Assembly: GCA_030055515.1 (NCBI GenBank)
Contig: JASFYI010000002.1
Span: 63,290-127,289, forward strand
DNA: 64,000 nt
Reading direction: 5' to 3'
DNA from: Methanolinea sp.
GTDB lineage: Archaea; Halobacteriota; Methanomicrobia; Methanomicrobiales; Methanospirillaceae
Every line of letters starts with the position of its first letter. The first letter of the stretch is position 1. Position numbers and translations under genes: made by a program. The notes under the pieces are model-generated. The model searched no databases. It was not told the origin of the DNA and was given only the letters and a program-made list of their open reading frames with translations. Positions 51,372 through 63,066 of this stretch are shown here, in pieces.

Positions 51372-53402
51372 TTACCCGATGAACAACGGCGCGAAGACCA
51401 CCGAGACGATGGCCATCAGCTTGAGGAGGATGTTGAGGGCAGGTCCCGCCGTGTCCTTGAACGGGTCGCCGACCGTGTCCCCGGTGACCGCCGCCTTGTG
51501 CGCGGCAGAGCCCTTCCCGCCGAGATGGCCCTGCTCGATGTACTTCTTCGCGTTGTCCCACGCGCCGCCCGTGTTTGCCATCATCACGGCCACGATGAAG
51601 CCGCTCGCGATCGACCCGACGAGCAGGCCGGCAAGCGCGTGCGTGCCGAGGACGAGGCCGACGAGGAGCGGCGCGGCGATCGCGAGCATTCCCGGGGCGA
51701 CCATCTGCCGGAGGGCGGCATTCGTGGAGATCGTGATGCAGGCCCCGTAGTCAGGGTCCGCCTTCCTCTCCATGAGGCCGGGGATCTCCTTGAACTGGCG
51801 CCGGACCTCCTGGACAATGAATCCCGCGGCCTTCCCCACGGCCGTCATCGCGAAGGAGCAGAAAAGGAACGGGAGCATGGCGCCGATCAGGACGCCGACG
51901 AAGACGACCGGCTCGAGCATGTTCACGATCTCGAGCTTCACCGCCTGCGAGTACGCCGCGAAGAGTCCCAGCGCGGTGAGCGCGGCCCCGCCGATCGCGA
52001 AGCCCTTCCCTATAGCGGCTGTGGTGTTCCCGACGGCGTCCAGCGTGTCGGTGATCCCGCGCACCTCCTTGGGCTGGTGGGACATCTCGGCGATCCCTCC
52101 CGCGTTGTCCGCGACGGGCCCGTACGCGTCGACCGAGAGCGTGATCCCGAGGGTCGCGAGCATCCCGACACCGGCGATCGCGACGCCGTAGAGCCCTGCC
52201 TGCTGGGCCGCGACCAGGATGGCGGTGACCACGATCACGACGGGGAAGAGAGTGCTCTCGAACCCGACGGCAAGGCCGGTGATGATGTTCGTCGCGGCAC
52301 CGGTCTCGCTCGCCCGCGCGATCCGCTGGGTGGGCGACCGCTCGTACGACGTGTAGAACTCGGTCACGAGCCCTATGAGGAATCCCGCGACGAGACCGGC
52401 GACGGTCGCGACGAACACGCCGAGGTACTGGGGCCCGAGGAGCGTCGTCACGAGGTAGTACACGGCCGCCACGGTGAGGAGGAGGCTCACGAATGTCCCG
52501 GTATTGAATGCCTTGTGGATCGCGCCGCTCTCGTTCTTCTCGCTCCGCACGAAGAAGCTCCCGATGATGGACGCGATGATCCCGAGGGCCGCGATCATCA
52601 TCGGCAGGAGGATGAGGTTGAGGGATTCGACTCCCACGAACCGGGCTGCCGCGACTGCAGAAACCCCCATCAGCATCGTCGCGACGATCGACCCCACGTA
52701 GGACTCGTAGAGGTCGGCGCCCATCCCCGCGATGTCCCCCACGTTGTCCCCCACGTTGTCCGCGATGACCGCCGGGTTCCTCGGGTCGTCCTCCGGGATG
52801 CCCGCCTCTATCTTCCCGACGAGGTCGGCACCGACGTCCGCGGCCTTCGTGAATATTCCGCCGCCGACGCGTGCGAAGAGGGCGATGGAACTCGCACCGA
52901 GCGAGAAGCCGGAGAGGATGCTGACGATCTCGGGGAGGTCGAGGGGCGTGAGGGCAGAGAGGCCAAGGAAGAGGACGGAGAGCCCGAGGAGTCCGAGCCC
53001 AACGACTGTCAGTCCCATCACGGTCCCGGAGGCATAAGAGACCCGGAATGCCCGCGCCATCCCCTCGCGCGCGGCGTTCGTCGTCCGGACGTTGGCCATC
53101 GTGGCCGCCGACATCCCGATGAACCCCGCGGTCGCGGAGAGGGTCGCACCCACGACGAACGCGAGTGAAGTGAGGGGGTGGATCCCGGGGATGAGGTACA
53201 GCACGAGGGCGAGGGCAGTCACGAAGACAGCGATCGCCTTGTACTGGTTCTTCAGGTACACCATCGACCCCAGCCGGATCGCACCGGCGATCTTCTGCAT
53301 CAGCTCTGTCCCTGTGCCCTCCCGCTTCATGAGGAAGAACGAGTACCCGGCAAAGACGAGGCCGAGAATGGCACAGGCAGGAACAATCAGGATCATATCC
53401 AT
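51372..53402 (-). CDS. hppA: Membrane-bound ion-translocating pyrophosphatase
   Basis: 676 aa, about 16 [37 protein letters not shown] are hallmark H+/Na+-PPase motifs. Confidence 0.95.
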   Translation of the reverse strand: MDMILIVPACAILGLVFAGYSFFLMKREGTGTELMQKIAGAIRLGSMVYLKNQYKAIAVFVTALALVLYLIPGIHPLTSLAFVVGATLSATAGFIGMSAATMANVRTTNAAREGMARAFRVSYASGTVMGLTVVGLGLLGLSVLFLGLSALTPLDLPEIVSILSGFSLGASSIALFARVGGGIFTKAADVGADLVGKIEAGIPEDDPRNPAVIADNVGDNVGDIAGMGADLYESYVGSIVATMLMGVSAVAAARFVGVESLNLILLPMMIAALGIIASIIGSFFVRSEKNESGAIHKAFNTGTFVSLLLTVAAVYYLVTTLLGPQYLGVFVATVAGLVAGFLIGLVTEFYTSYERSPTQRIARASETGAATNIITGLAVGFESTLFPVVIVVTAILVAAQQAGLYGVAIAGVGMLATLGITLSVDAYGPVADNAGGIAEMSHQPKEVRGITDTLDAVGNTTAAIGKGFAIGGAALTALGLFAAYSQAVKLEIVNMLEPVVFVGVLIGAMLPFLFCSFAMTAVGKAAGFIVQEVRRQFKEIPGLMERKADPDYGACITISTNAALRQMVAPGMLAIAAPLLVGLVLGTHALAGLLVGSIASGFIVAVMMANTGGAWDNAKKYIEQGHLGGKGSAAHKAAVTGDTVGDPFKDTAGPALNILLKLMAIVSVVFAPLFIG

Positions 53403-53497
53403 ACAGTCGAACCTCCGGAAAATTCTCGTGAATCTCTACGCACTCTCTCGTTGCGCCTGAGATCAATTGGTCGCCGGGGATAAAAAGCAGGCTGATA

Positions 53498-54895
53498 TCA
53501 GGTGAAGTCGAGGAGCCGGTACCCGAGCGTCTGGAGGTCGAGGAGGACTGCCTTCCCGGGCGTGGGAGTGATGTTCACCTGTTTCTGGAACGTCGTCTGG
53601 CCCTGCCACGTCCCGGCGTTGACGCAGAGGACCCCCCTGTACTCCGCGACGCCCGCGATGTGGATGTGGCCGCAGTGGAGAACCTCGGGGATAGGGTCGA
53701 TGACGAGCGCGTCCTCCCTCCCCGGCGCGAGCGGGGTCCTCTTCCCGTAGGTGGGCGCGAGGTGGCGCCTCTGGAGCATGCCGACCATGACGGGCGCGGC
53801 ATTCTCGTAGCTCGCCCCCGGGAGCATGCCGATGTAATCATCGAGCGACCTCCCGTGGTACATGAGGACCCTCACCCCCTGGAGGCTGACCATCGCGGGG
53901 TTCTCGACGAGGATGCAGTTTTTCGGGAATTTCGCGGCGAATTCGGGGGGGATCGCGGGCTGCGGCTCTGCCTGCCGGACGACGTCGTGGTTGCCGGGGG
54001 AGACGACGATCTTCATCCTCCGGGGGAGGTCCCGGAGCATCGACCCGAGGACCTCGTACTGCTCGTGGATGTTCTTGATCGTGAGTTCCCGCTCCTGGTT
54101 CGGGTAGACCCCGATCCCGTCGACGAGGTCCCCCGCGACGAGGAGGTACGAGACCTCCGCGTCCGCGAGCCAGTCGGCGAAGCGGTTCCAGGTCTCCTCG
54201 AGGAAGGTGTTGCTCCCCACGTGGATGTCCGAGATCAGGACCGCCTGGCCCGGCCTCTCGCTCCTGAACGGCGCGTGCGAGAGGGGGATATCGGGCCGGA
54301 AGAGCTGCTCGGCGAAGAAGAGGCGGCCGTCGGAGGAGAGCGTCCCCCGGACACCGATCACCTCGTCGGGGACGAGCGTCTCGGCATCGGCATACTGGGG
54401 CCTGTCCTTGTGGAAGAGGACCTGGATGGAGGACGTCGGGTCCTCCACCTCCACCATCCGGTGGCCGTTCGCCGTCTGCCTGTTCTCGACGACGAGGCCC
54501 ATGATGGAGCAGACCTCCTGCCGGTACCGGGCACCCTTCTTCAGCGCCTCTATGGGCATCGGGGCCATCCTCGCGCGGATGCACTCGCCGAGGCGCATGT
54601 ACCGGTCGCGGAAGTACGCGGCGTAATCCGCGACTCCCGCGGCACCGCGGGATGTCCCCGCCGCGCCCCTGATTACCTCGCACTCCGGGTCGGTGAGGAA
54701 CCGGTTCCCGTCGCGCTCCTGGGAGAAACCGGGGATGTGCCGGACGGAGACCACGACGGTATCGCCGGGCACGTTCGCGATGATCCGGTCGATGAGGCCG
54801 GGGTCGTCCTTCTCCGCGATGTAGCGCACGACCTCCGGGTGGACCTGGAGTTTCGTCTGGAGGAAGCGCTGGACGATCGTCGCCGCATCGAGCAT
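53498..54895 (-). CDS. dp1: DNA polymerase II (PolD) small subunit DP1
   Basis: 465 aa. N-terminal DP1 domain, OB-fold region, and calcineurin-like phosphoesterase motifs ISDIHVGS, VAGDLVDG, PGNHD, CGHIH. Confidence 0.9.
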   Translation of the reverse strand: MLDAATIVQRFLQTKLQVHPEVVRYIAEKDDPGLIDRIIANVPGDTVVVSVRHIPGFSQERDGNRFLTDPECEVIRGAAGTSRGAAGVADYAAYFRDRYMRLGECIRARMAPMPIEALKKGARYRQEVCSIMGLVVENRQTANGHRMVEVEDPTSSIQVLFHKDRPQYADAETLVPDEVIGVRGTLSSDGRLFFAEQLFRPDIPLSHAPFRSERPGQAVLISDIHVGSNTFLEETWNRFADWLADAEVSYLLVAGDLVDGIGVYPNQERELTIKNIHEQYEVLGSMLRDLPRRMKIVVSPGNHDVVRQAEPQPAIPPEFAAKFPKNCILVENPAMVSLQGVRVLMYHGRSLDDYIGMLPGASYENAAPVMVGMLQRRHLAPTYGKRTPLAPGREDALVIDPIPEVLHCGHIHIAGVAEYRGVLCVNAGTWQGQTTFQKQVNITPTPGKAVLLDLQTLGYRLLDFT

Positions 54896-55010
54896 CGATC
54901 ATATATCGGCAAACCCCGATATTGGGTTTTCCTCTCCCCCGGCCGCGGGATACGGGGCCCCTTCCAATCCATTATCATGGGGCGGGGAGAAACATCTCAG
55001 GGTCCTTGGG

Positions 55011-55880
55011 ATGCCGCGACAGGGAGAGTCCGGGGAGGAACCCGGCTGGATCCAGAAGTTTCTCTCGAGCGAGAACCCGTGGATCTCGCTCGCCCGCGAG
55101 CTCGCGTGGGTGGCCGGAGTCGTGGGAGGGATTGCCCTCGCCCTCTTCCTCGTCTCGGGCACGTGGCCGGCGGTCGTCACGATCGAGTCAGAGAGCATGG
55201 TCCCCCACATGCACGTGGGGGACCTCGTCTTCGTGGTGAGTGCCGACCGGTTCGGCGAACTCCAGACGTGGGAGACCGGGAAGGCAACGGGGTACACGAA
55301 GTTCGGCGACTACGGGGACATCCTCATCTACCGGCCGAACGACGCCCCCAACCCGCCGGTCTCCATCCCGTTCGTCACGCGGGGGGTCCACCCGATCATC
55401 CACAGGGCGATGGAGAGGGTCGAGGAGGGCGAGCCCATCCCGAAGTACTTCAACCTCTACCGCGGCCAGGCGACCCCCGCCGAGTACGTCCCCGCGACCA
55501 TCCGGAATAACAGCCTCGTCCTTTCGGACGGAACGGTGGTCACCCGCGAGAACGCGGATCCCCGCGTGGGGTACGTCGTCTCGACGGGCCTGAAGAGCCC
55601 CCACGCCGGGTACATCACGAAGGGGGACAACAACCTCGTGAGCGACCAGGCAGGGTTCCTCTCCTCCGTCTCGGGCGAGGTCATCATGCCCGTCCGGGAT
55701 GACTGGGTCGTGGGAAAGGCCCTCTTCTCGGTCCCCCTCCTCGGGTACCTCCCCCTCCACATCGTCCCTGTCGCAATCATCCTCATCGCGCTCATGGTCA
55801 TCTGGGAGTACTACGCGAGGAAGAAGGAGGGGGAGCCCGGCAGGGCCCAGGGGAAACCGCGGGGGAAGAAGAGGGGGTGA
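55011..55880 (+). CDS. Signal peptidase I (archaeal/ER Sec11-type, S26B)
   Basis: 289 aa. N-terminal TM, catalytic Ser motif ESESMVPHM, HPIIHRA, GDNN box, a C-terminal TM and a basic tail. Longer than typical because of an insertion between the conserved boxes. Confidence 0.8.
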   Translation: MPRQGESGEEPGWIQKFLSSENPWISLARELAWVAGVVGGIALALFLVSGTWPAVVTIESESMVPHMHVGDLVFVVSADRFGELQTWETGKATGYTKFGDYGDILIYRPNDAPNPPVSIPFVTRGVHPIIHRAMERVEEGEPIPKYFNLYRGQATPAEYVPATIRNNSLVLSDGTVVTRENADPRVGYVVSTGLKSPHAGYITKGDNNLVSDQAGFLSSVSGEVIMPVRDDWVVGKALFSVPLLGYLPLHIVPVAIILIALMVIWEYYARKKEGEPGRAQGKPRGKKRG

Positions 55881-55968
55881 GGGGGCCCCGGGACCTCCGG
55901 GCGGGACACGGGGGTATCACTCCCGTCCCGCGGGAAAATCCTGGCTTGCGGGTACAATCCGGGTGGGG

Positions 55969-55974
55969 ATTTTT
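55969..55974 (+). terminator. Oligo-T tract (T6) downstream of the signal peptidase gene
   Basis: GGGGATTTTTTCC about 90 nt after the stop, preceded by an imperfect GC hairpin (about 55903-55930). Confidence 0.35.
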
Positions 55975-56011
55975 TCCAAGCCGCAGCGGTCCCCCGCGCC
56001 GCGACTTCCCT

Positions 56012-56314
56012 TCACGAGAGGATGTCGAGGGCCTCTTTCCCGGTCATCCCCTCCCGGACTCCCAGCCTCCGGGCGCTTTCGTTCGCCTCCTTCACGATCC
56101 CGGCGAGGAGGTCGCCGACCGAAGAGATCGACGGCCCGGAGGATGGCCGGACACGCGCCGCGGGGTACCCGAACCTGTCGAGCGCCGCGACGTCCACGGC
56201 GCCGCACCCGACCATCCCTTTCTTCGCGACCACGCCGACGAGGTTCACGGGCCCGAGGGGGATCACGAAACCCTCGCCCGCCGAGTTCCTCAAGGGGACA
56301 CGCTCCGTCTCCAT
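56012..56314 (-). CDS. DUF1805 (YunC-like) domain protein
   Basis: Last 100 aa of the 562-aa track ORF, from ATG 56314. GFVIPLGPVNLVGVVAKKGMVGCGAVDVAALDRFGYPAARV resembles the YunC/DUF1805 fold signature. Confidence 0.65.
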   Translation of the reverse strand: METERVPLRNSAGEGFVIPLGPVNLVGVVAKKGMVGCGAVDVAALDRFGYPAARVRPSSGPSISSVGDLLAGIVKEANESARRLGVREGMTGKEALDILS

Positions 56315-56358
56315 GTCCAGTTGTAGGGAAGGCGAACAGAAGAATCCCTCGTGGTGGG

Positions 56359-56368
56359 TTTTATATAC
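56359..56368 (+). promoter_or_regulatory. TATA box (TTTTATATAC) for cofH
   Basis: Centred about 32 nt upstream of ATG 56396, implying a very short 5' UTR. Confidence 0.45.
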
Positions 56369-56395
56369 TGCACGTTCCCAGTCTGTTGAGAAGGG

Positions 56396-57529
56396 ATGTC
56401 CCCCGATAGCATGCCCGTCCCCCGGCACCTCGAGGGGAGGGAGCTTGCGACCCTCCTCGACGACGTGCTCGGCGGGTACAGGCTCTCCGTCGGAGAGGCG
56501 GCAGCCCTCTTCCGGGTGACGGGGAGGGACGTCTGGCGGGTCGCGGAGGCCGCCGACGAGAAGAGGTCCCGCGTGGTGGGCGACGTCGTCACGTACGTGC
56601 GGAACCAGAACATCAACGTCACCAACCTCTGCGTCAACTCCTGCGGGTTCTGCGGTTTCTCGCGGAAACCGGGGGACCCGGACGCCTACTTCTACTCCCT
56701 CGAGACCGTTAGGAGGAAGGCTGCAGAGGCCCTCGCGCGGAACGTGACGGAGATCTGCACGGTCTCCGGCCTCCACCCCGATTTTGACGCGGGGTCCTAC
56801 GTGGCTATCCTCTCGGCCATCAGGGAGGGGGCGCCCGGCGTGCACATCCACGCGAGCAACCCGATGGAGGTCGCGTACGGGGCGAGGAAGAGCGGGATAT
56901 CGACCGCGGAGATGCTCAGGATGATGAAGGACGCGGGCCTCGGCTCCCTCTGCGGGACGGCCGCGGAGATCCTCGTCGACGAGGTGCGGAAGGTCATCTG
57001 CCCGGGGAAGATCCCGAGCGCGGAGTGGGAGAGGATCATCAGGGAGGCGCACGGCCTCGGGATCCCATCCACGGCGACGATCATGTACGGGCACTGCGAG
57101 ACCGAGGAGGACAGGGCCCGGCACCTCGGGATCCTGCGCAGGATACAGGACGAGACGGGGGGGTTCACGGAGTTCGTCCCCTTGAGTTACATCCACCACA
57201 AGACGCCCCTCTACAGGGGGGGCCTCGCGCGTGCGGGCGCGACGGGGCGGGAGGACATCCTCATGATCGCGGTGGGCCGCCTCTTCCTCGACAACATCCC
57301 GCACGTGCAGGTCTCGTGGGTGAAGCTCGGCGTGAAGATGGCAGAGCTCGGCCTCCTCTCGGGGGGAGACGACCTCGGGGGCACGATGTTTGAGGAGAGC
57401 ATCTCGAAGGGGGCGGGGGCGAGCGGCACGGATTACCTCGACCCCGCCGAAATGCGGCGGATCGCGGAGGATGCCGGGCGGACGCTCCGGCAGAGGACGA
57501 CCCTCTACGCGACACTCCCGGACAGGTAA
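56396..57529 (+). CDS. cofH: FO (7,8-didemethyl-8-hydroxy-5-deazariboflavin) synthase subunit CofH, radical SAM
   Basis: 377 aa. NQNINVTNLCVNSCGFCGFSR (CxxxCxxC) and the downstream GLGSLCGTAAEIL / IMYGHCET / FVPLSY blocks typical of CofH/MqnC-like enzymes. CofH is preferred in a methanogen context. Confidence 0.8.
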   Translation: MSPDSMPVPRHLEGRELATLLDDVLGGYRLSVGEAAALFRVTGRDVWRVAEAADEKRSRVVGDVVTYVRNQNINVTNLCVNSCGFCGFSRKPGDPDAYFYSLETVRRKAAEALARNVTEICTVSGLHPDFDAGSYVAILSAIREGAPGVHIHASNPMEVAYGARKSGISTAEMLRMMKDAGLGSLCGTAAEILVDEVRKVICPGKIPSAEWERIIREAHGLGIPSTATIMYGHCETEEDRARHLGILRRIQDETGGFTEFVPLSYIHHKTPLYRGGLARAGATGREDILMIAVGRLFLDNIPHVQVSWVKLGVKMAELGLLSGGDDLGGTMFEESISKGAGASGTDYLDPAEMRRIAEDAGRTLRQRTTLYATLPDR

Positions 57530-57568
57530 GGGACAGGGAGAGTCCCCGGACCCGCGGCTGGCCGTGGG

Positions 57569-57574
57569 AAAAAA
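57569..57574 (-). terminator. Oligo-T tract (T6 on minus strand) after the Isf-like gene
   Basis: A6 on the plus strand, 12 nt beyond the minus-strand stop at 57586-57588. Confidence 0.4.
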
Positions 57575-57581
57575 TACGGGA

Positions 57582-57586
57582 TTTTT
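57582..57586 (+). terminator. Oligo-T tract (T5) downstream of cofH
   Basis: GGGATTTTTCAA about 53 nt after the cofH stop. It abuts the stop codon of the convergent flavoprotein gene. Confidence 0.35.
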
Positions 57587-58137
57587 CAATCGGGAGGCTT
57601 GAGGAGCTGCACTATCTTCTCCCCGAGTTCGTGCGCCCGCTTGAGCCCCCGTTTGTCCTTCTCGATGTCCCCCTCGAGGTAGCCCCTGCCCTTCACCCAC
57701 CCGAGGTACGAGAACTCGTGGGAGTTGAGGAACCCCTCGAGCGTCTCGATGGTCCTGTCACCCCCCTTGTTCGCGCAGACCGCGACCGCGACCGCCTTCC
57801 GGCCGGCAAGCTTCCTCTTGTGGTAGAGGGAGTAGCTCCTGTCGATGAAGTTCTTGAGGTGCCCGGAGACGTCGTAGTAGTACGTGGGGGAGCCGATGAC
57901 GAGGACCTCGCATTCGAGGACCTTCTCCATGATCCCGCTCCAGTCGTCGTTCTTCACGACGCACCAGTCGTGCTCCTTGCACTTCTCGCACCCAAGGCAG
58001 GGCTTTATCTCCTTCCCGGCGAGCGAGATGAACTCGGTCTCTATCCCCGCCCTCTCGCACGGCTCGAGCACGGCCCTTATCAGGCGCGCGGTGTTCCCGT
58101 TCTTCCGCATGCTCCCCGAGAGTCCAAGGACACTCAT
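57586..58137 (-). CDS. Iron-sulfur flavoprotein (Isf-like, NADPH-dependent FMN reductase fold)
   Basis: 183 aa. SGSMRKNGNT, compact Cys motif CLGCEKCKEHDWC (the Isf 4Fe-4S site), GSPTYY flavodoxin-like loop. Confidence 0.8.
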   Translation of the reverse strand: MSVLGLSGSMRKNGNTARLIRAVLEPCERAGIETEFISLAGKEIKPCLGCEKCKEHDWCVVKNDDWSGIMEKVLECEVLVIGSPTYYYDVSGHLKNFIDRSYSLYHKRKLAGRKAVAVAVCANKGGDRTIETLEGFLNSHEFSYLGWVKGRGYLEGDIEKDKRGLKRAHELGEKIVQLLKPPD

Positions 58138-58140
58138 GGT

Positions 58141-58620
58141 CTAACTGTCACCCTTCGGGGTTTTGATGTTTTTGCTCAGGACGGGGAGGGAGAGCGCGCG
58201 CGCGGCCTTGCCGATCGATTCCCCGGGATCGGCGGGCGAGAAGAAGAGGTGGGACCGGCACCTGCAGTCGCTGCACCCGAATCCCGGGACCGGCTCGCCG
58301 GGGAGGAGGGATGCGATGCGGCACTCCGCGCGGACGCGGGCCGGAAAGCAGTACACCGCCCGCAGCGAGAACGAGGGGCTGCAGAGGAGGTAATCGATGT
58401 GCCACCGCGTGCGCCCCTCCCCCCTCTCCGCGAGCCTCACGTGCCGGGCCACCCGCGAGAGTCCCGCCGGGCCGAGCGCCGAGCCGACGTACACGTAGTA
58501 CCCCGCCGGGAACAGGACCTCCCCGAGGGCACCCACCCTCACCGTGCAGCCGTCGCAGGAGAGGACGAGGCAGTAGGTCCCCTCACTCGCGTGTGACGCG
58601 GAGGAGTTCCCGCGCGGCAA
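58141..58620 (-). CDS. DUF123 (GIY-YIG/Uri-superfamily) domain protein
   Basis: Tail of the 324-aa track ORF. GTYCLVL...VGALGEVLFPAGYYVYVGSALG...RVARH...RWHIDYL is the DUF123 signature. The only start upstream of the first strand is TTG 58620 (38-nt overlap with the MBL gene). Confidence 0.6.
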   Translation of the reverse strand: MPRGNSSASHASEGTYCLVLSCDGCTVRVGALGEVLFPAGYYVYVGSALGPAGLSRVARHVRLAERGEGRTRWHIDYLLCSPSFSLRAVYCFPARVRAECRIASLLPGEPVPGFGCSDCRCRSHLFFSPADPGESIGKAARALSLPVLSKNIKTPKGDS

Positions 58621-59185
58621 GGACGTGCCGCCTCCCGCCCCTCTCCACGGGGGACCCGTGGCCCGGGTAGAGCCCCTCGACGTCGAGCGCGGAGAGTTTC
58701 TCGAGAGAGCTCTCGAGCGCCGCCCTGCTCCCGCCGGGGAAGTCGTACCTCCCGAAACCGCCGTCCGCAAAGACGGTGTCCCCCGAGATGAGTGCGCCCT
58801 CCTCCTCGTGGAGGAGGCAGATGCTGCCCGGCGTGTGCCCGGGCGTGTGGATGACGAGGAGGTCGCCGACGCGGTCCCCCTCCGAGAGGACGCGGTCCGG
58901 GGGGCGCATCGGTGCCCGCGCACCGAAGTGGAGCGAGAGGGAGAGGGCATCGCTCGTGAGTCCGGGGGCATCCTCCCGGTGGATGTGCACGCGGGCCCTG
59001 CACATCCGCGCGATCGCGTCGACGTGCGCGATGTGGTCGTAGTGGCAGTGGGTGAGGACGATGTCGTGGATGGACGCCCTGTACTTCTCGAGCGCTGTCG
59101 GGAGGACGCCGGCATCCACGAGGACGTGGCCGACGAGGTACGAGTTGCCGAGGAACCCCCCGCCGGGAATCCACCGGACTGGCAT
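58583..59185 (-). CDS. MBL-fold metallo-hydrolase
   Basis: Trimmed to ATG 59185 (200 aa). THCHYDH (HxHxDH), HTPGHTPGS, GDTVF, PGHG. Confidence 0.8.
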   Translation of the reverse strand: MPVRWIPGGGFLGNSYLVGHVLVDAGVLPTALEKYRASIHDIVLTHCHYDHIAHVDAIARMCRARVHIHREDAPGLTSDALSLSLHFGARAPMRPPDRVLSEGDRVGDLLVIHTPGHTPGSICLLHEEEGALISGDTVFADGGFGRYDFPGGSRAALESSLEKLSALDVEGLYPGHGSPVERGGRRHVLAARELLRVTRE

Positions 59186-59213
59186 GGTAGAATAATTAGG
59201 GTCTCCCACCAAG

Positions 59214-60494
59214 ATGTCTGTTATGCCCAGTCTCATCCGCGAGTGCCTCTCGGGGGTCCCCGGGCTGGTGGAGGAGGTGGCGAGGAGGGAGGGGATCAAC
59301 CCCCGTGTCGCCGCCCGGTCCGTGGCGAGGGGGAGACTGGTGATCCCGGCGAATCCCTCCCGCGAGCACAGGGTGTGCGGGATCGGCGAGGGGTGCAGGG
59401 TGAAGGTGAACGTGAACGTCGGGACCTCGGGGCCCGTGTGCGACATCGGGCTCGAGGAGGCGAAGGCGAGGGCAGCCATCGAGAACGGCGCCGACACCCT
59501 GATGGACCTCTCGACCGGGGGCGACCTTCGCGCAGTCCGCAGGATGGTCCTCTCCCTCGGCGTCCCGGTCGGGACCGTCCCCATCTACGAGGCCGTCCGC
59601 CGCGCGGGGAACGCCGCCGACGTGGACGCAGACCTCCTCTTCTCGGTGATAAGGGAGCACTGCAGGGACGGGGTGGACTTCATGACCCTCCACTGCGGGG
59701 TGAACAGGGAGGCACTCGCCGCGCTCCGGTCCGACCCGCGGATCATGCCCGTCGTCTCGAGGGGCGGGGCGTTCCACGTCGCGATGATGGTCCAGACCGG
59801 GGAGGAGAACCCCCTGTACGCCGAGTTCGACTACCTCCTCGAGATCCTCCTCGAGCACGGCGTCGTCGCGAGCCTTGGGGACGGGATGCGGCCGGGATGC
59901 CTCCAGGACGCGGAGAGGCACGCGAAGACCGTCGAGTACCTGACCCTCGGGAGGCTTGCCGCTCGCGCCCTCGAGGCGGGCGTGCAGCGGATGATCGAGG
60001 GCCCGGGGCACATCCCGCTCCCCCAGGTCCCCTGCAACGTCCGCACCATCAAGGAGCTCTCGGACGACGCACCACTTTACCTGCTCGGGCCCATCGTGAC
60101 GGACATCGCCCCGGGGTACGACCACGTCGTCTCAGCGATCGGCGGCGCGGTTGCCGCGATGCACGGCGCGGACTTCCTCTGCATGGTCTCGCCGAGCGAG
60201 CACCTCGCGCTGCCCAAGGTGGAGGACATCGTCGAGGGGACGAGGGTCGCGCGGATCGCGGCGCACGTCGGGGACATCTCGAGGCACAGGGAGGGTTTCA
60301 AGGCGGCGAGGGAACTCCAGATGGCCGAGGCGAGGCAGAGGCTCGACTGGGAGTCCATGTTCTCCCTCGCCCTCTTCGGCGACCACGCGCGGGAGATCCA
60401 CGGCCGCGACGGCGAGATCGAGACCTGCACGATATGCGGGGAGCTCTGCGCCGTGCGGCTCGTGAGGGAGCTGTTCGGGAAGAAGGGAGGGTAG
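59214..60494 (+). CDS. thiC: Phosphomethylpyrimidine synthase ThiC
   Basis: 426 aa. GADTLMDLSTGGD, VPIYEA, DFMTLHCG, SRGG, DGMRPG, and a C-terminal Cys cluster CTICGELC. Confidence 0.95.
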   Translation: MSVMPSLIRECLSGVPGLVEEVARREGINPRVAARSVARGRLVIPANPSREHRVCGIGEGCRVKVNVNVGTSGPVCDIGLEEAKARAAIENGADTLMDLSTGGDLRAVRRMVLSLGVPVGTVPIYEAVRRAGNAADVDADLLFSVIREHCRDGVDFMTLHCGVNREALAALRSDPRIMPVVSRGGAFHVAMMVQTGEENPLYAEFDYLLEILLEHGVVASLGDGMRPGCLQDAERHAKTVEYLTLGRLAARALEAGVQRMIEGPGHIPLPQVPCNVRTIKELSDDAPLYLLGPIVTDIAPGYDHVVSAIGGAVAAMHGADFLCMVSPSEHLALPKVEDIVEGTRVARIAAHVGDISRHREGFKAARELQMAEARQRLDWESMFSLALFGDHAREIHGRDGEIETCTICGELCAVRLVRELFGKKGG

Positions 60495-60537
60495 GACCCC
60501 CGGCCGAGCATTTCGCCCGCGGGGACCGGGGCCCTCC

Positions 60538-60948
60538 TCACCCCGGGGACCGGCGTTCCCCGAGGAGCGAGAGGATACGGATCGCGAGGAGGGCCGCGTT
60601 CTCCCCGTTGTCCACGCCGACGCACGCGACCGGGACGCCCTTTGGCATCTGGACGATCGAGAGGAGGGCATCCAGCCCCCCGAGGAGCTTCCCGCTCACG
60701 GGGACCCCGATGACGGGCCGCTTCGTCCGGGCCGCGACGGCGCCGGGGAGGGCAGCGGAGAGCCCGGCGACCGCGATGAAGACCTTGCAGTCGCAGCCGC
60801 GGACGTACTCGTCGAGGAGCTCGGGGTCCCTGTGGGCCGAGATGACGCGGGCCTCCCACGAGATGCCGTGCGCGTTGAGGACCTCCGTGACCTTCTGGAC
60901 GACCGCCGCGTCAGAGGCCGACCCGGAGAGAATCGAGACGTCGACCAT
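60538..60948 (-). CDS. purE: N5-carboxyaminoimidazole ribonucleotide mutase / AIR carboxylase (PurE)
   Basis: 136 aa. [27 protein letters not shown]. Confidence 0.9.
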   Translation of the reverse strand: MVDVSILSGSASDAAVVQKVTEVLNAHGISWEARVISAHRDPELLDEYVRGCDCKVFIAVAGLSAALPGAVAARTKRPVIGVPVSGKLLGGLDALLSIVQMPKGVPVACVGVDNGENAALLAIRILSLLGERRSPG

Positions 60949-61007
60949 GGGAATTCGCCATCCACACTTATATGCCCGGGTTGTAAAAATACTAGTGGGC
61001 TGGTTTT

Positions 61008-62596
<1,589 letters not shown>

Positions 62597-62658
62597 CGGC
62601 CCGCGGGACGGGATACGGTTATCACTCCGCAGAATCGAGATAGTGAGAGGAGAAGAGA

Positions 62659-63066
62659 ATGGGAATCCGCCTTGGTTTCGTGGTCTCGGAGTTCAACCGG
62701 GACATCACATACATGATGGAAGTGGAAGCGCGGGAGCACGCTGAATTCCTCGGCGCGGAGGTCGTCGAGTGCCGGTACGTCCCCGGGACGTACGACATCC
62801 CCCTCGCCGTGAAGAAGATGCTGAAAGCAGGGGGAGTGGACGCCGTCGTCACCATCGGGTGCGTGATCGAGGGCGCGACGCAGCACGACGAGATCGTCGT
62901 CCAGCACGCCGCGAGGAAGATCATCGACCTCTCGCTCGAGTTCGAGAAACCCGTGACCCTCGGGATCTCGGGTCCGGGCATGACGCGGCTCGAGGCCCAC
63001 GAGCGCATCGACTACGCGAAGAGGGCGGTCGAGTCCGCGGTCAAGATGGTCCAGAGATTGGGATGA
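62659..63066 (+). CDS. ribH: 6,7-dimethyl-8-ribityllumazine synthase
   Basis: 135 aa. [37 protein letters not shown]. Confidence 0.9.
   Translation: MGIRLGFVVSEFNRDITYMMEVEAREHAEFLGAEVVECRYVPGTYDIPLAVKKMLKAGGVDAVVTIGCVIEGATQHDEIVVQHAARKIIDLSLEFEKPVTLGISGPGMTRLEAHERIDYAKRAVESAVKMVQRLG

Noticed and set aside
59186-59213. Possible TPP riboswitch upstream of thiC
   Set aside because: The spacer to the divergent MBL gene is only 28 nt, far too short for a THI-box aptamer, and no THI-box-like sequence (CUGAGA...ACCUGA) is visible.
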